Shown piece by piece: positions 36,101-46,152 of a stretch of DNA of 64,000 nt (its first letter is position 1; each line of letters starts with the position of its first letter). The notes beneath the pieces were generated by a model. That model saw only the letters and a program-made list of their open reading frames with translations, did no database searches and was not told the origin of the DNA. The position numbers were made by a program, and so were the translations under genes. The stretch is from contig OZ025784.1 in NCBI GenBank assembly GCA_964019425.1, positions 868,001 to 932,000 of the forward strand, written 5' to 3'. The stretch comes from Flectonema sp. DT1601. Taxonomy: Eukaryota.

Positions 36101-38946
36101 AGGATTTATACATTGAGATCATGAGACAACTGTATAAGGTTTTTATTTATAAACGTGATCCTGTTGTTCCATTACCAGAACAGCAACCAATTGTACAGCA
36201 GTTACCAAAGTGTTTTTCATGCGTGTCGTGTGGGATATCTAATTTTAATTTTTGTCCAAATACTGGACAGGCGCACACTGTGATAGTGAATCAGCTGTGT
36301 GATGCATCACATTCGGCAGTCTTACCTGTATCGGGTAGTTCTCTTGTCTATAATCCATCACAACCGACTGGTACTCAATTCCCTTTAGAAACACATGGGG
36401 GGGTACTTGTTAACACAAATCAGAATAGAGTTGTTCATCCTTCACAGAGTTACTCATTGACTACGAGTGTAGTTAATCAGAACAATTATGTGAAGGAAAA
36501 CAATATTATATCACAGGCATTGAGGGACTCTTCTCAAGGTCAGAATTCATATGAGAGTGTTCCTCAGTCACAGCAACAACAACAACACACGATGGGTGGT
36601 GCTCCTCATCCACAGCAACAGCAACACACGATTGGTGTTCCTCAGTCAGAGCAGCACACGATGGGCGGTCTTGCTCATCCACAGCCACAGCAACAGCAAC
36701 ACACGATTGGTGTTCCTCAGTCAGAGCAACACACAATGCCTCAGCCACAACAACAGCAACACGCGATGGGCGGTGTTCCTCATCCGCGGCAACAGCAACA
36801 GCTACACACGATTGGTGTTCCTCAGTCAGAGCAGCACACGATGGGCGGTGTTCCTCATCCACAGCCACAACAACAGCAACACACGATGGGCGGTATTCCT
36901 CATCCGCAGCAACAGCAACACACGATTGGTGTTCCTCAGTCAGAGCAGCACACGATGGGCGGTGTTCCTCAGTCACAACAGCAGCAACAGCAACACACAA
37001 TGGGCGGTGTTCCTCAGCTACAGAAACAGCGACAACAACACACGATTGGTGTTCCTCAGTCAGAGCAGCACGCGATGGGCGGTGTTCCTCAGTCACAACA
37101 ACAGCAACGCACGATGGGTGGTGTTCCTCATCCGCAGCAACAGCAACACACAATGGGTGGTGTTCCTCAGTCACAACAACAGCAACAGCAACACACGATT
37201 GGTGTTCCTCAGCCGCAGCAACACACGATAGGCGGTGTTCCTCAGCCACAACAACAGCAACAGCAACACACAATGGGCGGTGTTCCTCATCCACAGCCAC
37301 AGCAACAGCAACACACGATTGGTGTTCCTCAGTCAGAGCAGCACACAATGGGCGGTGTTCCTCAGTCACAACAACAGCAACACACGATGGGTAGTGTTCC
37401 TCAGTCACAACAACAACACACGATGGGTAGTGTTCCTCAGTCACAACAACAACAACACACGATGGGTGGTGTTCCTCAGTCACAACAACAACATACGATG
37501 GGTAGTGTTCCTCAGTCACAACAACAACAACACACGATGGGTAGTGTTCCTCAGTCACAACAACAACATACGATGGGTAGTGTTCCTCAGTCACAACAAC
37601 AACACACGATGGGTAGTGTTCCTCAGTCACAACAACAACAACACACGATGGGTGGTGTTCCTCAGTCACAACAACAACATACGATGGGTAGTGTTCCTCA
37701 GTCACAACAACAACAACACACGATGGGTAGTGTTCCTCAGTCACAACAACAACACACGATGGGTAGTGTTCCTCAGTCACAACAACAACAACACACGATG
37801 GGTAGTGTTCCTCAGTCACAACAACAACACACGATTGGTGTTCCTCAGCCACAACAACAGCAACACACGATGGGCGGTGTTCCTCATCCACAGCCACAGC
37901 AACAGCAACACACGATGAATGTTGGAAACACCACCTCTCTCGGTAATTCCGCGCCGTCGGTTGAATCAGCTGGTAGATATAACAACATCACATCACAGCC
38001 ACAGTCACCGTCACAATTTGATACTCAAATTAGTAAGCCAGCTGACATTATTATTAATCAACATATCCAATACCCAGGGATGCGTAGACCTAAGAAACAA
38101 ACTAACACTTCATTAAATAATACTCAAGAACAGACATCACGACCAACAGAAGGAACGGATTCACTGTCACGACTGTCTGGAGTACTTGCTGTCGGTGTTC
38201 GTCAGCGTTTACAGACTGAGCAGGTTAAAGATAATAGTTCTGTTAATAAAGAATTACCTCAGGGAATGAACTCAGTTAGAGTTCAATCACAACAACCTGT
38301 ACGAGATGAATCTGTGAGTGCTCATGAAAACAACGTGAGAAGTGAATCCCTTTGTGGAGTATCTGAGTCAATGAATTCATTAGTTGGAATTCAAAGGAAT
38401 GGATCGCAGAACTTACTTCAGATAAATAGTTTGAATCACAACAACGTGTTGCCATCAAATCAAACTACCGACATCAGTCATCAGACCAACCAACTTGTGG
38501 CAGTCACACAGCCACTGTTCAATTCCAACTTGGGTGGTGGACAACAAGATCCCATCACTGCCGTATCAAACCTTCAACAGCATCACACTTCAGGTGTTCA
38601 GGTTGCTGTTAACACCAACGGTACTGATTACGACAATCAGAGTGTTGGTCAGAAGGCTTTCCAACAACCTGTTCAAAGTACCAACAGCACTGATTATAAT
38701 AATGTTGGTAATCAGAGAGCTGGTCAGGAGGCCTTAGGTTTTCAGCAACCTCAACAATTCGGCATTCAGAGTGCCAGTACTGTGAGTAATCAAAATATTG
38801 TTCAGCAGCAGTTTGATGTGAATAATGTTGGTGGTCAAAGTGTTCAACAGCCTCATGTTACGATCAGTAATTATGGTGTGAATTCTGTCCCTCGACAGCT
38901 TAGTGTTAGTAGTTTTAATAATAATAATAATTTCTTTAACGGTTAA
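33169..38946 (+). CDS. Dicer/RIG-I-family DExD/H helicase with DUF283-like dsRNA-binding fold and long Q/H-rich low-complexity tail
   Basis: Helicase motifs APTGSGKT, DECHHA, LGLTASPG, AIVF, VATNVAEEGIDVP.CN.VIRYD, QSRGRAR. These are followed by AVKRVSRYC..P.F...C.L.IP...G...KAKREVSILACQAL..MGL. Confidence 0.85.
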   Translation: MMSNLTNGCDEIRQQVGVISHQFDQPNGVLRTAPIQDGGVVFDHSSSQMESPVPVLGNFNNPVSFSPVVQQQKKQIKNLLRNFQKELFEECKDRNNIVFAPTGSGKTWVAAAVAQHVLERGTSIYKHIVPAEKRSRNCVIKKKPFVVFLATRIPLIEQQADLFREVFRNVNQTLKVHKYSSEHRDSLTDGRWDFIYENYDISFMIDTIFLRLLDEKLAYLTDVDLIIFDECHHATGNHSFNRILELYKKDLKESPETVKSQLLGLTASPGADVSFEETRKRTQKLMQAMHSSITLVRNNLDELSTYTKPAVQRIEQYQHSGPEAAVLNMLNNVLGYVEREIDQYRKRSQNADTPHKLQIQKFPPQVSQGTKHRTSPDYKTFCLQQSSTASNASRTGLSGVFHLCHIISEMMTYTTEVGFSDACDYLRTERGLYSDQMSSKQLTDEDIMLYNITQTYSNLIEKELHMQEEHYGREDTQNCTKLNQLFASLRETYGVHELHGTWFNEQLNIMVKFEIATSRSVVASGAFSPTLNACDEELLIVPAYDDSVHGMILDDSQNQKHQIAFLKAHHRTAPGTNSSSKIIASGNLYTSGTNFSPVPSLSLVVSGQEIYFKKIINQTVNRTGSFKAIVFTQTKRGVSRICKVIKNSRSLSMLFTPRGFVGHGSSGEERGMSLKQQNNVMVDFKDGNFNLMVATNVAEEGIDVPICNCVIRYDTQFSVISLIQSRGRARSKHSIFIVIVGEDEIGRYQALEQQERYQLNAVEVLANLQTLDVSSDDASDSDRDTDTDAFYKLQAVKRVSRYCKLQGGDLPDFVFSKSECRLVIPIPNQPPLEKVVRVDGTKHHHQRKAKREVSILACQALAEMGLMTGTDVLEEIIPDETIELILGLVITTRKDRKSNERVVKKFIPSEWPNGIVPHNYVLEKAKKRGRAPPRVIRKEVSNEKLTVEVRFYEDTWRLTEQLPQDGSGVDDRLDMLLQDLYIEIMRQLYKVFIYKRDPVVPLPEQQPIVQQLPKCFSCVSCGISNFNFCPNTGQAHTVIVNQLCDASHSAVLPVSGSSLVYNPSQPTGTQFPLETHGGVLVNTNQNRVVHPSQSYSLTTSVVNQNNYVKENNIISQALRDSSQGQNSYESVPQSQQQQQHTMGGAPHPQQQQHTIGVPQSEQHTMGGLAHPQPQQQQHTIGVPQSEQHTMPQPQQQQHAMGGVPHPRQQQQLHTIGVPQSEQHTMGGVPHPQPQQQQHTMGGIPHPQQQQHTIGVPQSEQHTMGGVPQSQQQQQQHTMGGVPQLQKQRQQHTIGVPQSEQHAMGGVPQSQQQQRTMGGVPHPQQQQHTMGGVPQSQQQQQQHTIGVPQPQQHTIGGVPQPQQQQQQHTMGGVPHPQPQQQQHTIGVPQSEQHTMGGVPQSQQQQHTMGSVPQSQQQHTMGSVPQSQQQQHTMGGVPQSQQQHTMGSVPQSQQQQHTMGSVPQSQQQHTMGSVPQSQQQHTMGSVPQSQQQQHTMGGVPQSQQQHTMGSVPQSQQQQHTMGSVPQSQQQHTMGSVPQSQQQQHTMGSVPQSQQQHTIGVPQPQQQQHTMGGVPHPQPQQQQHTMNVGNTTSLGNSAPSVESAGRYNNITSQPQSPSQFDTQISKPADIIINQHIQYPGMRRPKKQTNTSLNNTQEQTSRPTEGTDSLSRLSGVLAVGVRQRLQTEQVKDNSSVNKELPQGMNSVRVQSQQPVRDESVSAHENNVRSESLCGVSESMNSLVGIQRNGSQNLLQINSLNHNNVLPSNQTTDISHQTNQLVAVTQPLFNSNLGGGQQDPITAVSNLQQHHTSGVQVAVNTNGTDYDNQSVGQKAFQQPVQSTNSTDYNNVGNQRAGQEALGFQQPQQFGIQSASTVSNQNIVQQQFDVNNVGGQSVQQPHVTISNYGVNSVPRQLSVSSFNNNNNFFNG
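36555..37915 (+). repeat. Coding minisatellite (HTMG(G/S)VPQSQQQ)n
   Basis: In-frame ~33-45 bp units repeated more than 30 times. Confidence 0.95.
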
Positions 38947-39098
38947 CACTAATTGTATTGTACAATACTCAGTCTGTGATACAGCTGTCACTTTAACATT
39001 CTTTTGATAGAAGCATCATGGTTGTTCCTTTTTTATTTAGTTTTACAAACACGAATACTATCGATAATAGCTCCTCAGTCGGTGGTGACTACCGCCTT

Positions 39099-39130
<32 letters not shown>

Positions 39131-39281
39131 ACTAAAAGGGCTTAGCATAGTCTTCTAGCTGATCCCTGTTAGGGTAATTCTCACAAACGATTTTTTATTT
39201 TTGTTTTTTTAAAATACCGAAAACAGTGAATCTGTCCGATTAGCTAGATATTGTTATATCAAAAAAAAAAAAAAACAGAAG

Positions 39282-39312
<31 letters not shown>

Positions 39313-39520
39313 GTTTGGTTCATCAATTCGATGAGACAACCAAAAAATAAAAATAAAATAAAATAATAACATACATAATATTCCCTTTCCATTTATATTA
39401 TAATTGCTTTCAGACAGGTTGAACGGATAAATTGGAAAATATAGTTACAATTCGTGTTGTTGTTGTTTTATTTTTTGTTTTGTTTTATTTCTTTTTTTCA
39501 ATACCAATACAGGTTAATAG

Positions 39521-40981
39521 ATGCCTGTTTCGTCAAATCGTCCCAATTGGGCTAACGGTACAGGACTGGCTTCTCCATTGGCGTCATCTGCAGCAGCGTT
39601 CAACGGAGAGTTGAATGCGAGTGATCAGTTTCACGTTGAGCAGGGTATTGGTAGGATGTCACCGTCACCTGATAGAATTCATGATTATGCTCCACCTAGT
39701 TTTGCGTCAAGGGTATCGGGAGTACATCCTCCCACATCACCAGACACAATGAGAGGTGGAGGTTGGGGAACTGATTCAGTTATTGTTAAACTGGGCAATG
39801 GAGGACAGGTTGATATTCCTTATAGTAGTACCATGCTCGGAGAAGATTTAAAATTACAAATTGAAAAACACGAAGCTATCGATTTATCAAGACAACGGAT
39901 ATGGCTTTCAGATGGAAACGAACTTGAAGATTTCTCAGATTTCGCCACTGCAGGGATTCGACCTGGGGCGGTGCTTCGTTTAACTGTCGCTGCATCACCG
40001 CAGAGAGAGTCATCAAGGGTAAGACCACCAGCATTACCAGAGTATGATAAACCATTAACAAAAGAGATTGTTATAAAGAGAGATGCGATTGCTCAACCGA
40101 TTGGACTAAACTTCGACTCTGATATGATAATCTCTGATGCTGATCCTTCAGGGGCAGCAGCAACATCTGGGATTAGAAAAGGTATGCAAATAATAGCAGT
40201 CGACGGTAATCCTGTGAGTATGATGCCAGAGTTTAAACATGCTATGGATACAGCCCCGAAAGACTTTACTGTTGTAGTTGCGGAGGGAAGTCCAGAATCA
40301 CCGATTATTGGAAATTCATCACCTGATGGTGTGATTGCAATGCCAACAACTCAACCACCTCCACTTACTCGAACTGTTCTCAGAGAAATGAGCTATACCT
40401 GGATGATTCATCGATTGGCTTTGTCATTTTCTATATTATTTTCAATCATTCTCGGGATTGTTTTGTTAATTGTCGCTGCGGGTGAAGGAAGTGGATGCAG
40501 TCCAGTGAGCCATTGGTCTATAGCTGCGGGTCTCTTAATGTTGTTTGGAGGTGCCGCTGTGTCATATTTAGTGTTCAGTTTACAGCGAAACAATGGAGTG
40601 TTATTCGACCCTACTGACTATCAAAGTGTAACTGTAATGGTCGCATCAGCCTTTTTGGTATTCATGGACTTGATACTCGCTGCCGCTGGGTTGATAGTTT
40701 TAGAATCGAGTATGACTAGAGCTGAACGTGATTCTTGTTCTGTATTTCGAGATTTGGTTTTTTTTCTAATCATAACGTCGTGTGTGATAACAATTCTCAT
40801 TGTTATTATTTACTGTACTAAATGTACTTTCAATTATGATCAAAAAAATAGAGAAAAAATTTACCACATGGAAGCGAATAGAGCTGCGGGGTTGCCTTCA
40901 ACAGCACCTATTGACTACTATCACGACCCTATGAATGCGAGTGTTCCTTATCCTAACAAGAAACACGGTAATTACTATTAG
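39521..40981 (+). CDS. Ubiquitin-like + PDZ domain + 4-TM membrane protein
   Basis: DLKLQIEKHEAIDLSRQRIW...GIRPGAVLRL (Ubl); IGLNF...GAAATSGIRKGMQIIAVDGNPV (PDZ); four hydrophobic helices. Confidence 0.75.
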   Translation: MPVSSNRPNWANGTGLASPLASSAAAFNGELNASDQFHVEQGIGRMSPSPDRIHDYAPPSFASRVSGVHPPTSPDTMRGGGWGTDSVIVKLGNGGQVDIPYSSTMLGEDLKLQIEKHEAIDLSRQRIWLSDGNELEDFSDFATAGIRPGAVLRLTVAASPQRESSRVRPPALPEYDKPLTKEIVIKRDAIAQPIGLNFDSDMIISDADPSGAAATSGIRKGMQIIAVDGNPVSMMPEFKHAMDTAPKDFTVVVAEGSPESPIIGNSSPDGVIAMPTTQPPPLTRTVLREMSYTWMIHRLALSFSILFSIILGIVLLIVAAGEGSGCSPVSHWSIAAGLLMLFGGAAVSYLVFSLQRNNGVLFDPTDYQSVTVMVASAFLVFMDLILAAAGLIVLESSMTRAERDSCSVFRDLVFFLIITSCVITILIVIIYCTKCTFNYDQKNREKIYHMEANRAAGLPSTAPIDYYHDPMNASVPYPNKKHGNYY

Positions 40982-41374
40982 GCGATGATAGGGAATTGGT
41001 AAAATAGATTTTATTTTAGATATTTTTTCATCCAGTTTAGATAGTTTTGCGTTCTTGTTGGTTGCTTGCTTCCTCAATAATATTCATTCCTGCTTAATTA
41101 TTTGTTAACAATAATAATAAAAAAAAAGTTTTTTTTTTTTTTTGTATTTGCTTTTTTTTAATGAAAATTTTCTTTTTTTCAATTCTTTCGTGTTATTATT
41201 TAGATATTCCTTTTTTTTTTTTTTTTTTTTTTTCTTGTTAACTAACTTCTCTTGCCTATTCATTGCTACTGCCCTTTGCTTTGGTAATATTATTATTTTC
41301 GAAGAACCCCACGTGAACTTATTTTGATTTTTTTTTTGTTCTATCAAGGAAAATATAACAACAACAAAAAAAAA

Positions 41375-42115
41375 ATGATTGAACTCACCACCGCATGCTA
41401 CGTAAGACTGTGGATAATGTTACTCTTTGCGACTTATTTTATATTAAACTACAGACTGTGTGTCGCTGTAGCTGTGGTTCCGGTTGCTGAAGAACTCAGT
41501 TGGGTTGAATCGTGGTACAAAGAAACACCGATAATACCTAATGAGTTCGAGGGTAGGAAAATACTGAGATCACTTTGTAGTCGGATTCCAGGAAATGAAA
41601 ATACCGTTGTGATAACTACAGTCGTGTTGTTGGTGTTTGTGAATGTAGTTGAGAAGATTGTAGACAAAATGGGAAATAGAAAACAAAAAGAAAGACGAAT
41701 CTCATGTGACGGATGCGGCGATCAAATCCTACCAAGTGAAATATTTCCATGTGGTCACGACTGTCCTCATAATCTATGTAAGAAATGCCACTTAACACCT
41801 GATGACTCCGAATCAATCCCGAAAACCCTCAGCGACTATGCCACAGCTATTAGTTGTGATAAAGTTGATAACAATAAGGGAGAATCAATAGATTTGAGGA
41901 ATATATTATCTGCGATGGAGAGTTTGAAATCAGAACGTGACTACTACAAATCAAAAGCGGAAACTATTAAAACGTCACCTCAAAAACGATCGTCGAATTC
42001 ATCGTTGACGTCTTCTCCAGTTATTTGTGCTGAAAAAACTTGTAGAGACCACCTCAGTTCTGATCAGTCAGCAGCATGGGATAAACTCCTTCTTCGAGAT
42101 TCGTTTGTTTATTAG
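41375..42115 (+). CDS. Hypothetical membrane protein with Cys-rich Zn-finger-like motif and coiled coil
   Basis: Two hydrophobic segments; CDGC...CGHDCPHNLCKKCH. Confidence 0.6.
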   Translation: MIELTTACYVRLWIMLLFATYFILNYRLCVAVAVVPVAEELSWVESWYKETPIIPNEFEGRKILRSLCSRIPGNENTVVITTVVLLVFVNVVEKIVDKMGNRKQKERRISCDGCGDQILPSEIFPCGHDCPHNLCKKCHLTPDDSESIPKTLSDYATAISCDKVDNNKGESIDLRNILSAMESLKSERDYYKSKAETIKTSPQKRSSNSSLTSSPVICAEKTCRDHLSSDQSAAWDKLLLRDSFVY

Positions 42116-42189
42116 TTTCGTTTTTGTGTTGTGAGATTTCTGTCAAACACGGAAATGCTCTGTCTGGATAGAAGCTCCGATAATACCTT

Positions 42190-42420
42190 AAGAATACTGA
42201 GATCACTTTGTAGACGGATTCCAGGAAATGAAAATACCGTTGTGATAACTACAGTCGTGTTGTTGGTGTTTGTGAATGTAGTTGAGAAGATTGTAGACAA
42301 AATGGGAAATAGAAAACAAAAAGAAGGACGAATCAGTCAGCAGCATGGGATAAACTCCTCCTTCGAGATTCGTTTGTTTATTAGTTTCGTTTGGTGGATA
42401 TGCTCTGTCTGGACAGAAGC
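42190..42420 (+). pseudogene. Partial duplicate of the preceding gene with an internal deletion
   Basis: Copies ~41560-41700 joined directly to ~42063-42125. Confidence 0.8.
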
Positions 42421-43825
42421 TTATCTCGTTTTTTTTTTTTTTTTTTTTTTTTTTTTGAACAATTTGTTTGGTATGGTTACGTTCAAGAGAGTCCTTTTTA
42501 TGTTTCTTTAGTAAGACTGGATTAGTTCCCAAATAAGAGTAATTACTTTTCTTTGGGAGATTAAACTTTTCTGAAATAAGCGTAGAGTTGTATATTATTT
42601 CTGATTTGTCGTGTTTGTTTTTTTCTTCTTTTTTCTTTTTTGACTGCGTGTTTTTGGTAGTCACGCGCAGTCTTCCATGCTTCTTTCTTTTTTCCCTCAC
42701 GTGGCCTCCAAGTGGTATTATTTATTTATTTGCAGTCATTTACTACGCTGCCGCTGACAGTCAAGATTGTCGGAGAAATTGTTGTTCCTTTTGAGCTTGA
42801 AAATACAGTATCAAATTACCCCTCATTTTTTGTCACCAAGACGTTTTTTTTTTTTTTTTGGAAAGAATGTTGTTGGCATAGCAATTTTTTTTTTTTTTTT
42901 TAAATTTCTCGTTCCTCCTACGATATAAGGACTCTAACAACATTTTTTTCCAAACATTGCAGATCCCTTTTTTTTTGATGTATACACCGTCATAGACGAC
43001 CTTCGGAAACAGCATTCATTTCCCCCCTATTTATTTATTTTTTAGTTATTGCGAAAAAAAAAAAAAAAAAAAATCTTTAAAGTGGCTAGTTGGTGTATTT
43101 TGAGCCATAACCCCCCTATACAATATATTTTTATTTTTTTTTTTTCCCATCTGTGATATTTAGGGCAAGGTGAGGAGCTGGGAGTCGATCACTTTCAGTT
43201 GAAGCTATAATGCGGGCTACCCGAACCCCGTCATAGTAGTCAGTTCTGGGCTTTGATACCTAAGTATTACAGTTGTTTGTTCTTATTAAAAAATAAATTT
43301 GTGAATAACACTCGTACACAAGATTCTTTTCTTCTTTTTTTGGTAACGGAAACACTCTTTTGGTTGGAAATGTTCTCGAGAAGCGAAAAACTTTTTGTAA
43401 GTAACTTTAAAAAAAAAAAAAAAAAAAAAGTGAATCTAACCCACAGCACGCCTCAATAATTACTTACGGTGAGTGTGATCTCTAAATACATAACAACCTA
43501 ATCAACGGAAGTTACCTTTTTCGAATTACTTGTTTCTTTGATTCGTTGTTGTCCATTATAATTAGTTTTAGATTTAATTATCAACAAGAAGTAGAGCAAA
43601 TTTTTTCTTTCTTTCTTTCTTTCTTTCTTTCTTTCACCCCTATTCCACGAACTACTTTTTAGTCTCACATCCCTTCAAGGAGGTCACACAGCACACCAAG
43701 TCAGATGTAAGGTCTTTCAAGATCCAATGCAAAAGAAACTTAATTATCACTCTCAACGCTGGTGATGTGCTACGAACCAGATTTTATCAAAAAACTTAAA
43801 AAATACAATAAAAACAATATCAAAT

Positions 43826-43864
<39 letters not shown>

Positions 43865-44477
43865 GGTTGTCATCTTTCTACTCGTGATGGTTATCAAATC
43901 TGTTTTGAAAAAGTGATTTTATCTAAAAAAAAAAAAAAGCAAAAAGTCTCGTGTGTGTCCATTCTGACTAGGTTAGCTGAGGGCTACAAAATAAATTAGC
44001 CATTTCATAGTTCCTTAAAAAGAGGTCTATGTGTGTTTCACGCTTCTTGTCAGAGTGATTGATACTTATATCTGTTTTTTATCCAATCGTTTCTTTGGAT
44101 CGTCGGGAAAAAAAAAAAAAACAACGATTCAGTCATATCAAGACCCCCCTCTTATGAGAATTAATTAGTGTCGCTAATGTTCGTCAAATCGCAGGGTGTA
44201 TACCTACACTAACATTACCTGTAGTCACTGTATATCAGAACTAATGTTGTTTTATGATGCAATACACTTGTATTTTACGTACAAACTCGAACAGTTAACC
44301 CCCCCTCTTATGGGAATTAACCCTTAGTGCTACTAATTTATGTTGTTTCTAATACGATCTTCCTCCTTATGGAATTTTACTTCGTCGAGTATTTTTATAT
44401 TGACGAGACTTTAAATTAAATCTGCGATGAATAGATGTGAGTGTAGATGTCTTTTTTTATATTTCAAACATCATCAA

Positions 44478-44532
<55 letters not shown>

Positions 44533-44651
44533 ATATTGACATAACATGGTTCACTTTTGCTGCTTGTATTAAATGAGGTTAATGGTTTTTGCTTTTTAAA
44601 ACATAATTTTTTATCTCAACTAGTTTTACCACAAGCACTACACAACAAGAC

Positions 44652-45671
44652 ATGTCATTTCCGATATTTATTCGACACATCGATGGTGAGTTACGTTCTA
44701 TTGACGTTCCGATTGATAGCATCTGTGAGACTGTTAAAGATCTCCTTGAAGAAGAGAATGGATCATTTGATTTAGTATATGCTGGAGACGTTTTGGAAAA
44801 AAAACAAAAAATAGAACCAAACATGGAAATTGAGATGGTTGTTAATAGGGATTTCTTGGCAGAGAAAAGAGTCGATGAAATTTTTGAGTATTCAGGTAGC
44901 AGTTTTTGGGAACAAAACGGAGCATTGACTAAGGACAAGATACTGTCGTCACAGTTAATGTCATTTCCACCACCGACGAATATCGACATTAATATGATGC
45001 CTTTCATAGTTGGTGATCCGAATAGTCTTCCTGAGCAGTATCATGGCTATTCTCAGTTGATAGATTCCTGTTGGGGGATTAGAAGAGGAGAATTATGCTA
45101 CTTAACAATCCAAGAATCGATGGTTAAAAAAAATGATTCACAACGAAGACCCGGACTGCACATCGAAACGCCTGGAAATAGTGATAATCTACACCCTGTG
45201 CATCGACTTGGGAAAGGATTTAATGCAAGGATATTTTGGGGAGAAGGTATAATGAGGCATTCATGTAGAGGAGGTATCTACACGGCTTCGACTGTGGCAG
45301 ATTCATGTAAATTCTACAACTGTAGAGTCAAAGAAGACCAACTCAGTGTTCCGGGTGTTGTTGGAAAGCACGGTGATATCTCACACCTTCATCGTGAAGT
45401 TGAATTAGCTTGTCGTAATCGAAAAGAACAAGTCGAAAGCATTGAAAACCACATCGTTACAATGCAACCAAACACAATGTACTGGTTCACTGATAGAACC
45501 CCTCATGAATCACTTCCTCTTAAGGAAGATACCTATCGTCAGTTCTTTAGAGTAGTGACTAGCAACATAAGTGTTTGGTTTGAAGACCATTCAACGAAAA
45601 ACCCTCTTGGGATTACTCCCCCAGAATCTGTTACTATTTTAAAAGGTGATAAGTTCAGCGGTGTGATTTAG
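44652..45671 (+). CDS. Ubiquitin-like N-terminus + putative 2OG-Fe(II) oxygenase-like domain
   Basis: N-terminal Ubl-like segment; RRPGLHIE (HxE), TDRTPHES (distal H) and RQFFR. Confidence 0.55.
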   Translation: MSFPIFIRHIDGELRSIDVPIDSICETVKDLLEEENGSFDLVYAGDVLEKKQKIEPNMEIEMVVNRDFLAEKRVDEIFEYSGSSFWEQNGALTKDKILSSQLMSFPPPTNIDINMMPFIVGDPNSLPEQYHGYSQLIDSCWGIRRGELCYLTIQESMVKKNDSQRRPGLHIETPGNSDNLHPVHRLGKGFNARIFWGEGIMRHSCRGGIYTASTVADSCKFYNCRVKEDQLSVPGVVGKHGDISHLHREVELACRNRKEQVESIENHIVTMQPNTMYWFTDRTPHESLPLKEDTYRQFFRVVTSNISVWFEDHSTKNPLGITPPESVTILKGDKFSGVI

Positions 45672-46152
45672 GACTGTAGTCTGATGATTCTTCCCTCGTG
45701 CGACAAATTTCTGCTTTTTTTTTCCCCTTGAACTTTTCCTTTTTATGTGTTTTTCACGTATTTTTCGCATTTGTTTTTTTTACAAATTCGTATCTTGAAC
45801 TTGTTCAACATTTTTTTTTGTGGAAAATAATATTCCTTTGATGATTGATCCCTATCCTGGTTATTAACAAAACATTTTTTTATTTATTTATTTTTTTCAT
45901 TGTTGAAAAATACACACGGATCCTCCGAACTACCAGATCTGTGGTACGGGAAAAAAAAAAAAAAATATCGTGTTGACCTGAACAAGTTAATTACATAGCT
46001 AATTACGTTGCTGTTGCCTCGTATATGCTCTAGGGAGTTAACCCGATGCTCTTTAGGTTGCTTTATCACCGATGCACAGTACGCAATGTATTGGACTTCC
46101 TTATCAATCTATCATATATTGAATTAAGTAATGAAATAAAAAAAATAAAAAA

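Noticed and set aside
36555..37915. CRISPR-like array
   Set aside because: The units are in-frame coding repeats with no unique spacers, in a eukaryotic context with no cas genes.
36506..37918. Alternative-frame and antisense ORFs over the Q-rich repeat
   Set aside because: They are shadows of the coding minisatellite.
41105..43459. Short F/K-rich ORFs in poly-A/T tracts (here and throughout the window)
   Set aside because: They are homopolymer artefacts with no protein-like signal.
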